Origin: Verrucomicrobiia bacterium
GTDB lineage: Bacteria > Verrucomicrobiota > Verrucomicrobiia > Limisphaerales > UBA11358
Assembly: GCA_036490655.1 (NCBI GenBank)
Contig: DASXDM010000016.1
Coordinates: 83,135 to 147,134, forward strand
Direction: 5' to 3'
Length of the DNA: 64,000 nucleotides
This document shows, one piece after another, positions 49,961-57,888 of the stretch. Below the pieces are notes generated by a model. It was not told the origin of the DNA and searched no databases. It worked only from the letters and a program-made list of their open reading frames with translations. How positions within the stretch are numbered: position 1 is the stretch's first letter; every line of letters starts with the position of its first letter. A program made the position numbers and the translations under genes.

Positions 49961-49987
49961 GGGCCGCAAGACGTTGCGGCCCCTTTT
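49961..49987 (+). terminator. Perfect 9-bp hairpin plus T-tract inside the transposon's left arm
   Basis: GGGCCGCAA-GACG-TTGCGGCCC then CTTTT. The orientation fits a plus-strand transcript; its function is unclear. Confidence 0.35.
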
Positions 49988-50005
49988 GCTCTCTGGCACC
50001 AAAAT

Positions 50006-50131
50006 TCATGATGATTTCTTCTTGGGTTTTCGGGGTTTAAGTTTCCGTGCGCCGCTGCCGCAGGCGATACAGGTTAAAATACTGCTGAAGGTTCCCTTGA
50101 TTGGCTGGATGATTTTCTTCTTCTTTTTCAT
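50006..50131 (-). CDS. Candidate 41-aa basic micro-ORF translationally coupled to the transposase
   Basis: Minus-strand ATGA: the transposase stop (50130-50128) overlaps ATG 50131-50129. Translation MKKKKKIIQPIKGTFSSILTCIACGSGARKLKPRKPKKKSS. Confidence 0.25.
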   Translation of the reverse strand: MKKKKKIIQPIKGTFSSILTCIACGSGARKLKPRKPKKKSS

Positions 50132-51048
50132 GCTGTCAAACTTTCGTAAGTTAATTGACCAGTGTCGGCTGCGCTTTGAACTGCGCCGTGGAAAATTCTC
50201 TGCGGTGGATTCAATCGGTTGTTAAACCGGACAACAAACTCGTCAACGTAGCGTTGAAGGTGTTTCTTGCTCATGCTGTGATATGTTCCGTGATAACCTC
50301 GTTTGAATAAAGCCCAGAATGATTCGATTCCGTTGATGTGGGCTTTGCCGCGAACGTATTCTCCAACGCCATGTTGGACAACACCGCGTTTGTAAATTCT
50401 GCCAAGCCGGTTATAACCCATCCACTCGTCAGTATAAAGGGTGGCGCCGCGAGCCATGTTCGATTTGAGTTGATAGTGGAGAGTGTCCATACCTGTTGAT
50501 TCGATAACTTGGGCGCGGACTTTGCCAGTTCGCGTGCGGAGACCAAAGATGGGAACCTTTCCATACGTTCCCCTGCCTTTCATTATCTCTCGCCGACGGC
50601 GACTATGCATGTTTTTGGCTTTGCCGCCGATGTAAGTTTCATCAGCTTCGACTTTACCGCGCAGCTTGCGGGTTTCCTGCTTGTGAGCCTTGCGAATCCG
50701 GTGCGCCATAAACCAAGCGGTTTTCTGCGTAACTCCCAGATGTTTGGAAAGTTGGATTGACGACATTCCTTTGGCGCTTGATGAAAGCAGGTAAATTGCC
50801 ATAAACCATTTTCGGAGTGGTAATTTACTGTCTCCAAATATCGTACCGGTCTTGATAGAAAAGTCTGACTTGCACCCGGCGCAGCGGTACCGTTTACCGC
50901 CGGAGAATTTATAAATCTCGGCATGTTCACAGTACGGGCAATATTCCCCAGCGGCGAATCGGATTTTGGCAAATTCCTTACGACAGATTTCCTCAGTATG
51001 GAAATAATCCATAAATTCCACGAGACTTTTGAATTTGAATTTTATCAT
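50128..51048 (-). CDS. IS1595-family (ISXO2-like) transposase
   Basis: N-terminal zinc ribbon CPYCEH...YRCAGCKSDFS, then LPLRKWFMAIYLLSSSAKGMSSIQLSKHLGVTQKTAWFMAHRIR, and DDE region ...VEADETYIGG...LYTDEWMGY. Confidence 0.9.
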   Translation of the reverse strand: MIKFKFKSLVEFMDYFHTEEICRKEFAKIRFAAGEYCPYCEHAEIYKFSGGKRYRCAGCKSDFSIKTGTIFGDSKLPLRKWFMAIYLLSSSAKGMSSIQLSKHLGVTQKTAWFMAHRIRKAHKQETRKLRGKVEADETYIGGKAKNMHSRRRREIMKGRGTYGKVPIFGLRTRTGKVRAQVIESTGMDTLHYQLKSNMARGATLYTDEWMGYNRLGRIYKRGVVQHGVGEYVRGKAHINGIESFWALFKRGYHGTYHSMSKKHLQRYVDEFVVRFNNRLNPPQRIFHGAVQSAADTGQLTYESLTA

Positions 51049-51090
51049 TTTTGACTTTAGGTTGTTATTTAAGTTTTACCAAGTAACGAA

Positions 51091-51354
51091 ATGCAAATTT
51101 TATTCGTCTGCGAAAAATCCGAAAATGCGTCAGAAGACGCTTGGAATAGATTCGTATCGAAAGTTTCAGATATTCCAGAAAATAAATCCTCGCCATCGCT
51201 ACGTAGTATGGAGGTTCTGTCACTAATTCAGAAAGATTACGACGGACTGCTTCTGAGCAAAATGATTTCCGCCGCCGAAGTTGCGCGGTTCCCATATAAA
51301 TTGATTTTTATTAAGGAATATTCGGAGAAGGATTTTAACCCGTCTCACCTGTAA
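51091..51354 (+). CDS. Hypothetical protein (87 aa), transposon passenger
   Basis: ORF only, in low-GC passenger DNA. Confidence 0.3.
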   Translation: MQILFVCEKSENASEDAWNRFVSKVSDIPENKSSPSLRSMEVLSLIQKDYDGLLLSKMISAAEVARFPYKLIFIKEYSEKDFNPSHL

Positions 51355-51357
51355 AAG

Positions 51358-51858
51358 TCATTTTAGTAAGATTAATTCTGTTGTGATTGGAATTTTATTG
51401 GTCACAGTCACGCCATATACCCAGGGCGTACCATAGTCGTAAAGTTCAAGCTGTCTGCCGTCCACATTCACAACGCCAATACGCAATGCGTATGCTTCAA
51501 TTTTCTGACCTTCCGCCACATCAATTATAGCGTCTGGATAATTAGTTATTGCGACTGTTTTCGTGTCGAACGGTTTCGCGTTTGGGTCAAATTCAAACGC
51601 CTCTGCCTCTGCAATAACCAACCCGTCTTCAACATTGTTAACATTCCCTAATATGGTATAAAACCCAGGAAAGCCGTTGCGGGTTTTAATTAAATCATCG
51701 AAATTAAACACCTTATTTCCAAATCTTCGGAAATTATCCGGCGCTTTATACCAATTTGTTGTGAGTGCAGTTTTGAAGATGGTATTCGTCGTAAATTGGT
51801 TGGTTTGGGATTTTGTTGAGATTGCAGACAACAAAAGTATTGCCAGAATAGTTTTCAT
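51358..51858 (-). CDS. Hypothetical secreted protein (166 aa), transposon passenger
   Basis: MKTILAILLLSAISTKSQ signal-like N-terminus. The start at 51858 lies 11 nt after the upstream gene's stop. Confidence 0.5.
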   Translation of the reverse strand: MKTILAILLLSAISTKSQTNQFTTNTIFKTALTTNWYKAPDNFRRFGNKVFNFDDLIKTRNGFPGFYTILGNVNNVEDGLVIAEAEAFEFDPNAKPFDTKTVAITNYPDAIIDVAEGQKIEAYALRIGVVNVDGRQLELYDYGTPWVYGVTVTNKIPITTELILLK

Positions 51859-51868
51859 TTTGAGCCTG

Positions 51869-52234
51869 TTAAGGTTTTCCAGATTCATCCATAGTAGATG
51901 GTTGATTGACGGCCAAACGAAGGTCGGCAACATCCAAATCGACCATATTGATTCCATTTGTGAGAATGCTGTAATCGGAATCCTCTACCGAAGCCAAACT
52001 GGCCTGACAACTTGACATAAGCTCAAAGTTGCTTTCCTGGGATTCTGACTTAGTTTCCAAAAACTGGACGCGCTGGATTAGCTGTGAAAGTTCGTTTGTT
52101 AAATTGTTTACAGTTTCGACTCCTTGGGTTGATTGTTTTTTATCGGCGTTTAAATCTGGCGTCCTGAACTCTGATACAATCAATGCTGTCAATGCCGCTA
52201 TGATTCCACTGATTATGTAATTGGTGACTTTCAT
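51869..52234 (-). CDS. Hypothetical N-terminally anchored coiled-coil protein (121 aa), transposon passenger
   Basis: MKVTNYIISGIIAALTALIVSEF anchor. ATG at 52234 lies 20 nt downstream of RNA-motif copy 1. Confidence 0.5.
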   Translation of the reverse strand: MKVTNYIISGIIAALTALIVSEFRTPDLNADKKQSTQGVETVNNLTNELSQLIQRVQFLETKSESQESNFELMSSCQASLASVEDSDYSILTNGINMVDLDVADLRLAVNQPSTMDESGKP

Positions 52235-52253
52235 ATTTGTTTCGTTTTGAAGC

Positions 52254-52404
52254 GGGAAAAGAAAAGGCGTGCAGCCAGCACACCCGATTAGAGGGCTGCA
52301 ACGCCCTGAAGAAAGATGCACCAAGCCACACGCCAACTGGCGTGGAGCCGGTCAAGGGGTTCTTCGAGAAATGTTGCAGTTTCTAATCGCCCTTACCGCT
52401 TCAC
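52254..52404 (-). ncRNA. Conserved structured-RNA-like motif, copy 1 (unassigned family)
   Basis: Minus-strand sequence is nearly collinear with 57536-57685. Long-range pair CGAUUAGA/UCUAAUCG. Terminal hairpin GGUGUGC-UGGCU-GCACGCC followed by UUUUCUUUU. Confidence 0.5.
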
Positions 52405-52671
52405 TAAAATGTCAATTTAAGGATATTGGAAGGGTTGACTCAGGCAAGCTCATTTTGTTATTGACAAGGCGTTTTGAAACACCAAACTGCGGCTGTCCGC
52501 GCAAGGGTGAACGCGGAGTGAATTTGGGCGGGGTTGGAAAAACGTTTTGCTCATTCGCATAACGCTTATTTTCTTATGACGAGAAAGTAATTACCAACCC
52601 CGCCCGCCTAAAATCATACTTTGACCCGTTTTGTGGTCAAGGGTGAATAGGTATATAGTTCCCCAAAGAAA

Positions 52672-52961
52672 TGCCGCCCGGCGCAGCCGATTTCTTCGGC
52701 GCGCTCATGAAAACCGGCTACATGATCCCGCTGATTTTCGCGACCCAAACCCTCGGCGGCGCCTTGCTCCTGCTGAATTGTTTTGTGCCGCTGGCCCTTG
52801 CGTTGCTCGCGCCGGTCATCGTCAACATCATCCTCTTCCACCTGTTCATCGCGCCTTCGGGGATCCCGATCGCATCCGTCGTGGTGGCGCTGGAACTCTA
52901 CCTGGCCTGGTCGTATCGGCGGTTTTATCTGCCGATGCTGGCGTGCCGGGCCAGGCCCTGA
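52672..52961 (+). pseudogene. 3' fragment of the interrupted DoxX-family gene
   Basis: Joining 49684-49801 to 52672-52961 restores one 135-codon frame ...FIPQPKEMPPGAADFFGALMKTGYMIPLIF...LLAPVIVNIILFHLF..., collinear with the paralogue (FLPMPPMQGPGAAFMGAMFETHY...GPVVVNILCFHTF). Confidence 0.8.
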
Positions 52962-53534
52962 TTATTTTTTCAACTTCAAGGCGAATTGGGCGACGCGTTT
53001 GCCGAGTACTTCGCCGGTCAATTTATCGGCGTCGGTCGGCGCAACGTCGGTGGGTTCTTGTCCCGCCTGACCCATCGCCCCGCTGAAACTGCCGAGACGG
53101 TTCACGCCGTTGGGTTGCATCGGCATCTCGCCAAGACCCACCCAGACCATGCCGTGTTGCATGGCGAGCGTGAAAAAATATTGTAACGTGCTGAATTTGT
53201 CGCCGCTTGGGCTGCTGGAAACACTGAACCCGGAGGCGATCTTGTCACGCCAGGCAGAGCCGAACCATTTGCCGGCGGTCGCGTCGGCAAAGGTCTTGAA
53301 CTGACCCGCCGGGCCGCCCATGTAAGTGGCACTGCCAAAAATGATCGCGTCGCTGGCATCGAGTTTGGCGAAAACTTCGTCGTTCTTATATCGTCCCTTG
53401 TTGATGTCATCACCGTTGATGGCGATGAGATGGGTTTTAACGGACGCGACGGACGCGGCGCCCTTTTGGACGGCTTCAGCCAGTTTGGCGGTGTGGCCGG
53501 AGCCGGAAAAGTAGATGATAGAGATAGTAGGCAT
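52962..53534 (-). CDS. Flavodoxin-like NAD(P)H:quinone oxidoreductase (WrbA-type)
   Basis: ISIIYFSGSGHTAKLAEAV...AIIFGSATYMGGPAGQFKTFAD... Confidence 0.85.
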   Translation of the reverse strand: MPTISIIYFSGSGHTAKLAEAVQKGAASVASVKTHLIAINGDDINKGRYKNDEVFAKLDASDAIIFGSATYMGGPAGQFKTFADATAGKWFGSAWRDKIASGFSVSSSPSGDKFSTLQYFFTLAMQHGMVWVGLGEMPMQPNGVNRLGSFSGAMGQAGQEPTDVAPTDADKLTGEVLGKRVAQFALKLKK

Positions 53535-53616
53535 AGGTTTATTAGCGGTCTTTGTTTTAATTGGTTTCAAAAAAATCCACAGGTCGTTTACACAGCTGAT
53601 ACACTACGCAAAACTC

Positions 53617-53988
53617 TTATGGTTTAACAAGACCGGCGAAATTCTGCCGGTAACTCCAGAGCAGGAAAAGCGCGAGTGCGGAAACAACCAGTGCGATGGG
53701 TAACCCCGAATGATCCATAAAAGTGTGGAAACACAGGATGTTCACAACCACCGGTCCAACCAGCGTGAGGCCGAGCGGCACGTAACGGCCGATCAGCAGC
53801 AGCAGTCCGCCGGCAACCTCGCATGTGGCGACGACATAAAGGTAATGCGTCTCAAACATCGCCCCCATAAAGGCAGCGCCGGGACCCTGCATCGGCGGCA
53901 TGGGAAGGAAATGCAGGAACTTGTTTGAGCCGAAGACGACAAACACGAGGCCGAGCAACACACGAGCGATGATAGTCAGGATTTTCAT
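53617..53988 (-). CDS. DoxX-family membrane protein (intact paralogue)
   Basis: MKILTIIARVLLGLVFVVFGSNKF...four TM segments. Confidence 0.85.
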   Translation of the reverse strand: MKILTIIARVLLGLVFVVFGSNKFLHFLPMPPMQGPGAAFMGAMFETHYLYVVATCEVAGGLLLLIGRYVPLGLTLVGPVVVNILCFHTFMDHSGLPIALVVSALALFLLWSYRQNFAGLVKP

Positions 53989-54024
53989 ATTTTTAATTGT
54001 AGTTTAAGTGGAGGGGCCGGAGTT

Positions 54025-54678
54025 TCAGATATTGAGAAAAACCCGTTCTTTGGGAAAACGGACTTTCGGCGCTGTCGCATATTTATCCGTCGGCAACCGG
54101 TAGCCGAGCGTCGCGATCACGCCGCTGGCGAACCCTTGCGCTTTCAAACCAAGGATTTCATCGTATTGCGCGCGGTCAAATCCCTCCATCGGACAGGCAT
54201 CGATGCCGAGCAAAGCGGCGCTGGTCAAAAGATTGCCCAGGCCGATATAAACCTGGTTGCGCGCCCAGGCATTGCGACCGGCCTCGTCCTGGCTTTGCAC
54301 GATGCCGCCGACCAGCATGCCGCGTAACGGCGCCAGCGCTTCAACCGGAATCCCCTGCACTCCGGCGATATGTTTGACATGGGCATCCACGTCTGCCTCG
54401 TTGAAATTGGTTTTTGAGGCGAATACGACCAGATGCGAAGCATCGGTGATCTGCGCCTGCCCGTAAGATGCCGGCTTAAGTTTTGCGCGAACGACGGGAT
54501 CGGTGACGACGATAAATTTCCACGGCTGTAAACCGCCGCTGGAGGGTGTCAGCAACAATGCTTCCTCCAGCGTGGCCCAGTCCTGGGAATTGATTTTTTT
54601 GTTAGGATCAAACTGTTTGGTGGCGTAGCGCCAATTGAGCTGATGGATCAATGTTTCCGGAGTGATACTTGTGTTCAT
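54025..54678 (-). CDS. Nitroreductase-family NAD(P)H oxidoreductase
   Basis: LNWRYATKQFDP...LLLTPSSGGLQPWKFIVV...GIDACPMEGF. Confidence 0.9.
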   Translation of the reverse strand: MNTSITPETLIHQLNWRYATKQFDPNKKINSQDWATLEEALLLTPSSGGLQPWKFIVVTDPVVRAKLKPASYGQAQITDASHLVVFASKTNFNEADVDAHVKHIAGVQGIPVEALAPLRGMLVGGIVQSQDEAGRNAWARNQVYIGLGNLLTSAALLGIDACPMEGFDRAQYDEILGLKAQGFASGVIATLGYRLPTDKYATAPKVRFPKERVFLNI

Positions 54679-54763
54679 GATCTAATTTTGTTTCTTTGTT
54701 TTTTTATTTAAATTTCGGCTGGAAAAATTGAAGGCAACCGGTTTCCCGATTGCCTTCATCTGT

Positions 54764-55459
54764 TCAGTTCAAGTCGAACAACAAAACCTGTGACGGTTTG
54801 TTGGCCGAGAGTTCCAATTTCGTTTCCTGGCTCACCGCCGCCGCGTCCCCGGCGGAAAGCGTCTTGCCGTTCAACACGACTTCGCCTTCAGCGACATGGA
54901 CCCAGGCATTGCGGTTGGCCGCAAGCGCATGCGCGGTCTTCTGTCCCGCATCCAATTTCGCCAGCCACAGGTCTGCGTCCTGATGGATGGCGATCGAGCC
55001 ATCGCGGCCCGTCTTGCTCGTCATCAGGTGCAATTGGCCCGTGGGCGTGTCGCGCAGGGTCTTCTCCGCATACCGCGGCTTGAGACCCTTGGCATCGGGC
55101 ATGATCCAGATCTGCAACAGGCGCACCGCCTCGTCTTTCGACGGATTGAACTCGCTATGTTGCACCCCGCTGCCGGCGGACATGTATTGCAGGTCGCCCG
55201 CGCGGATGATACTGCCGTTGCCCATGGAATCCTTGTGCTGGAGCGCGCCACTAAGCACATACGTGACGATCTCCATATCGCGATGCGGATGGGCGCCAAA
55301 GCCCTGCCCCGGCATCACCAGGTCGTCATTGATCACCCGCAGGCTGCGGAACCCCATCCAATTCGGATCATAATAGTCCGCAAAACTGAAGGAATGATAA
55401 GTGTCCAGCCAGCCATGTTCGGCGTGGCCCCGTTCATTTGCTTTTCGTATAGTCATCAT
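54764..55459 (-). CDS. Pirin-family protein
   Basis: RKANERGHAEHGWLDTYHSFSFADYYDP...GFGAHPHRDMEIVTYVLSGALQHKDSMGN. Confidence 0.9.
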   Translation of the reverse strand: MMTIRKANERGHAEHGWLDTYHSFSFADYYDPNWMGFRSLRVINDDLVMPGQGFGAHPHRDMEIVTYVLSGALQHKDSMGNGSIIRAGDLQYMSAGSGVQHSEFNPSKDEAVRLLQIWIMPDAKGLKPRYAEKTLRDTPTGQLHLMTSKTGRDGSIAIHQDADLWLAKLDAGQKTAHALAANRNAWVHVAEGEVVLNGKTLSAGDAAAVSQETKLELSANKPSQVLLFDLN

Positions 55460-55468
55460 GGAAAGACT

Positions 55469-55912
55469 CTACCGCGCGCCTGTGATCCTGTGAAATATCA
55501 TGTTTCTTGCCTTAGTATAACTTAAAGGTATACTGCCCGTCCACATTGGTGCGTGGTAGGGTGAGCATGTGGAATTTAAAACCAAAGAATTGTCCGGATC
55601 GACTCGAAGAATTGGAAGCGAGTTTGCGTTTGTATCGATTGGAGAGATTGGGTTTATAACTGACAACAAGGGGCTGGCAGATTTAATCATGGCTTTGAAT
55701 CGGGTTCTGGAGGAGGACGCCGCTTTCCCATTCGTGGAAGAAACCTGTTTGTCCCAAACCAATCTTCCGCAGGATACTTCATCAAAAAAAACCCGCTGAT
55801 GTAAAAGAATTTGCTCCTCCGCCTCTGAATCATTCGTTCCCGGTGGCAGATCAAAATAAGTTCCAGTCTCATCGTCCACATAACGTTGTTCATTTATTTT
55901 CCGTAACTTCAT
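55469..55912 (-). CDS. Hypothetical protein (147 aa); the 3' end runs across the transposon's left terminus
   Basis: ORF only. Its last ~20 codons lie outside the IR boundary, so the native C-terminus is uncertain. Confidence 0.3.
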   Translation of the reverse strand: MKLRKINEQRYVDDETGTYFDLPPGTNDSEAEEQILLHQRVFFDEVSCGRLVWDKQVSSTNGKAASSSRTRFKAMIKSASPLLSVINPISPIDTNANSLPILRVDPDNSLVLNSTCSPYHAPMWTGSIPLSYTKARNMIFHRITGAR

Positions 55913-55924
55913 TCCTCAAATAGT

Positions 55925-56959
55925 CTAGCGAGCAGAAAGAAGTTCTTCAACCGTCCAAACGTGGTCAGTCAGTCCTGCCGCCATTGCTGGCGTCATCCCG
56001 ATAGCACTGTGAACACGGCAGAAGTTAAAATGAGCAACGAACAAGGCAACAGCATGGCGATGGTTTTCGGTCTTCTTTGAGAAATTGATAGTCCGACGAA
56101 CAAACCTGCGGTTAAACGTCCTCAGGCTGAGGTTTGTCCGCTCACAATGGCCGATGGTGGCGTGTTTCATGTCAGGATAGCCAATGCGAGGACTGCGATA
56201 CACTTTGACCAGTTTTGGGGCGAAGAAGACGCGGTTTCCTGTATAACGTGGATCGGTCCTGAAACGCTTGGTCTCCGTCGCGTAATGGCAGTTGTCACCC
56301 AGAATGTCCTTAACCGCCCCAGCGCTTCCATGAAGTGCCACATATCCTCTGAATGAGTCGGTGGTGAGTTGGAACCGATTGGTGATGCGTGAGCCTAAAT
56401 CCTTCAAAAACCCTTCCGTTTCCTCGCCTGTGCGTTTTCCGACCCTATAACTGACAATCAGCTTCTCGTCCTTGGCGACCGCCAGGAACGTCCACATTGA
56501 ACCGCGCTCTGGGTCATCCTCATTCTCACCGTTGGGCTTCTGTTTGATATAAGAGAACACCTCGTCGCATTGGACATATGGAATGGTCAGGTTTCGGACT
56601 TTGGAATCCAGCAGACGGGCGCAATGCTCTCCAGCAGATTCAAGGATGCGTAAAACCGTATCTTCGTCCACACATGCCAGCCGGCCAGCCGCACGAATAC
56701 CGACCGTCTCAGCCAGCATTGAGACTATCTGAGCCGCCTTGGCGCGATCTGTGCGTATGCCATCCAAAGGCTGCGTTTCACTGAAAGACTTGGCACAGCG
56801 GATGCACTTGAACCTCTGGACAGTCCCATTTCGATTCTTGAAACGACCACACTTTTTCACCTTTCCGCTACAACAATGACAGTTCAATTTCTCCTTTCTT
56901 AATATCGTTGACTTATGTTTAACATAAGTTAGTCTCAATGCAAGACTTTTGTTAAACAA
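55925..56959 (-). CDS. IS1-family-like transposase (fused zinc-finger + DDE form)
   Basis: CHCCSGKVKKCGRF...FKCIRCAKSF zinc-finger. HTH-like region. C-terminal HCERTNLSLRTFNRRFVRRTINFSKKTENH...FNFCRVH, typical of IS1 InsB. No in-frame ATG near the 5' end: the track start is a TTG, and an alternative TTG at 56887 is preceded by AAGGAG. Confidence 0.65.
   Translation of the reverse strand: MFNKSLALRLTYVKHKSTILRKEKLNCHCCSGKVKKCGRFKNRNGTVQRFKCIRCAKSFSETQPLDGIRTDRAKAAQIVSMLAETVGIRAAGRLACVDEDTVLRILESAGEHCARLLDSKVRNLTIPYVQCDEVFSYIKQKPNGENEDDPERGSMWTFLAVAKDEKLIVSYRVGKRTGEETEGFLKDLGSRITNRFQLTTDSFRGYVALHGSAGAVKDILGDNCHYATETKRFRTDPRYTGNRVFFAPKLVKVYRSPRIGYPDMKHATIGHCERTNLSLRTFNRRFVRRTINFSKKTENHRHAVALFVAHFNFCRVHSAIGMTPAMAAGLTDHVWTVEELLSAR
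56911..56929. promoter_or_regulatory. 9-bp perfect inverted repeat ACTTATGTT-T-AACATAAGT between the divergent transposase and RHH genes
   Basis: Read directly from the sequence. Lies in the 5' region of the IS1-like transposase gene. Confidence 0.35.
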
Positions 56960-56963
56960 AACT

Positions 56964-57146
56964 ATGAAAAATAAAATGGGCAGACCTCAAATTGTGCCAG
57001 GTGAGTCAAAAAGCATCCTGATTGGGGCAAGGTTCTCCCCTGACGAATCAAAGAGAGTTCACACCGCTATTGGCAAGTCTGGGAAAACGAAGTCAGAATG
57101 GGTCAGAAAGACCTTGCTTTCGGCGGCTGGCAAAGATACTGTCTAA
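56964..57146 (+). CDS. Small RHH/MobC-like DNA-binding protein (60 aa)
   Basis: MKNKMGRPQIVPGESKSILIGARFSPDESKRVHTAIGKSGKTKSEWVRKTLLSAA: GRP...beta-strand...two helices, like CopG/MobC-type proteins. Confidence 0.45.
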   Translation: MKNKMGRPQIVPGESKSILIGARFSPDESKRVHTAIGKSGKTKSEWVRKTLLSAAGKDTV

Positions 57147-57535
57147 GCATCTCGGCGACCCCAAGTTGCCTGTCGGCGGACGAAATGAACTGTGCAAAAG
57201 GAAATTTCGTCCGCCGTTTTATTTTCTTGGCGACTGATTCTGGCGTCATCAGCCCCCGCGTTATATCCAGGCCATAAAAGTCCCGCTCCTCTCGCCGGTT
57301 GAAACCCGTTGTAAGACTGGCGGGCGGCAATCAGAGCGGTAAATTACTTCATTGATGTTTTACGCTTTCAACAGCGCATTACCGATCAAATCGGCAACAA
57401 TCAGCATCCTCTCATTGTTCTGATTTATGGTCAATAATTTATTAACGTAAAGTGCTTATACAAAGCGGATTGTATAGAGCATTGGATGGGCTTGACTATC
57501 ACACTCAAACCGGATTGTATGGTTATTGAAATTTA

Positions 57536-57685
57536 GTGAAGCGGTAAGGGCGACTAGAAATTACAACATTTCCGAGAGAAACTCCCCTGCCACGCTCCAC
57601 GCCCATCGGGCGTGTGGTTTGGCGCATCTTTCTCAAGGGCGTTGTAACCCTCTAGTCGGGTGTGCTGGCTGCACGCCTTTTCCCT
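57536..57685 (+). ncRNA. Conserved structured-RNA-like motif, copy 2
   Basis: GTGAAGCGGTAAGGGCGACTAGAAA...TCTAGTCGGGTGTGCTGGCTGCACGCCTTTTCCC. Pair CGACUAGA (57551-58) / UCUAGUCG (57651-58). Terminal hairpin 57659-57677 plus a U-tract. Confidence 0.55.
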
Positions 57686-57730
57686 GTCTTGCTTCAATAA
57701 TAAATGACAGAAAACACATAAAATCTTAGA

Positions 57731-57869
57731 GCACACAGGAACTATCACATTCTTAAAAGAAGACTCTGCTCCAACGCGGGAAACCGGGCTTGGCGTGTAA
57801 TTGCAATGCATTCTTCTTGGGCTGTGATAGGCCTCTGTGGGGTGTGTTCGGTTGCACGCCATTTTTATT
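57731..57869 (+). ncRNA. Conserved structured-RNA-like motif, copy 3 (tandem with copy 2, more diverged)
   Basis: CACAGG (57734-39) / UCUGUG (57834-39). Hairpin GGTGTGTTCGGTTGCACGCC (57841-60) plus ATTTTTATT. Ends 20 nt before ATG 57889. Confidence 0.45.
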
Positions 57870-57888
57870 GCTCTGATGGAAGGAAGTT

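Larger units (their letters stand above)
49802..52663 (-). mobile_element. 2.86-kb IS1595-family transposon with passenger genes
   Basis: Terminal inverted repeats GGGGACTATATACTTATTCACCCTT (49802-49826) and reverse complement of 52639-52663 = GGGAACTATATACCTATTCACCCTT (23/25). 8-bp direct repeat CAAAGAAA at 49794-49801 and 52664-52671. Low G+C interior. Confidence 0.8.

Noticed and set aside
49757-50011. 84-aa plus-strand ORF
   Set aside because: It crosses the transposon boundary at 49801/49802 in a frame different from the DoxX gene, so it is an artefact of the insertion junction.
57103-57330. 75-aa minus-strand ORF, possibly a toxin partner of the RHH gene
   Set aside because: It starts at a TTG immediately after a stop codon, is convergent with and overlaps the RHH gene, and has no recognisable toxin motif. 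Left unannotated.
57551-57590. Guanidine-I (ykkC) riboswitch resemblance (CUAGA...UCCGAGAG in copy 2)
   Set aside because: The UCCGAGAG string is not conserved in the other three copies, and the remaining ykkC consensus elements are absent.
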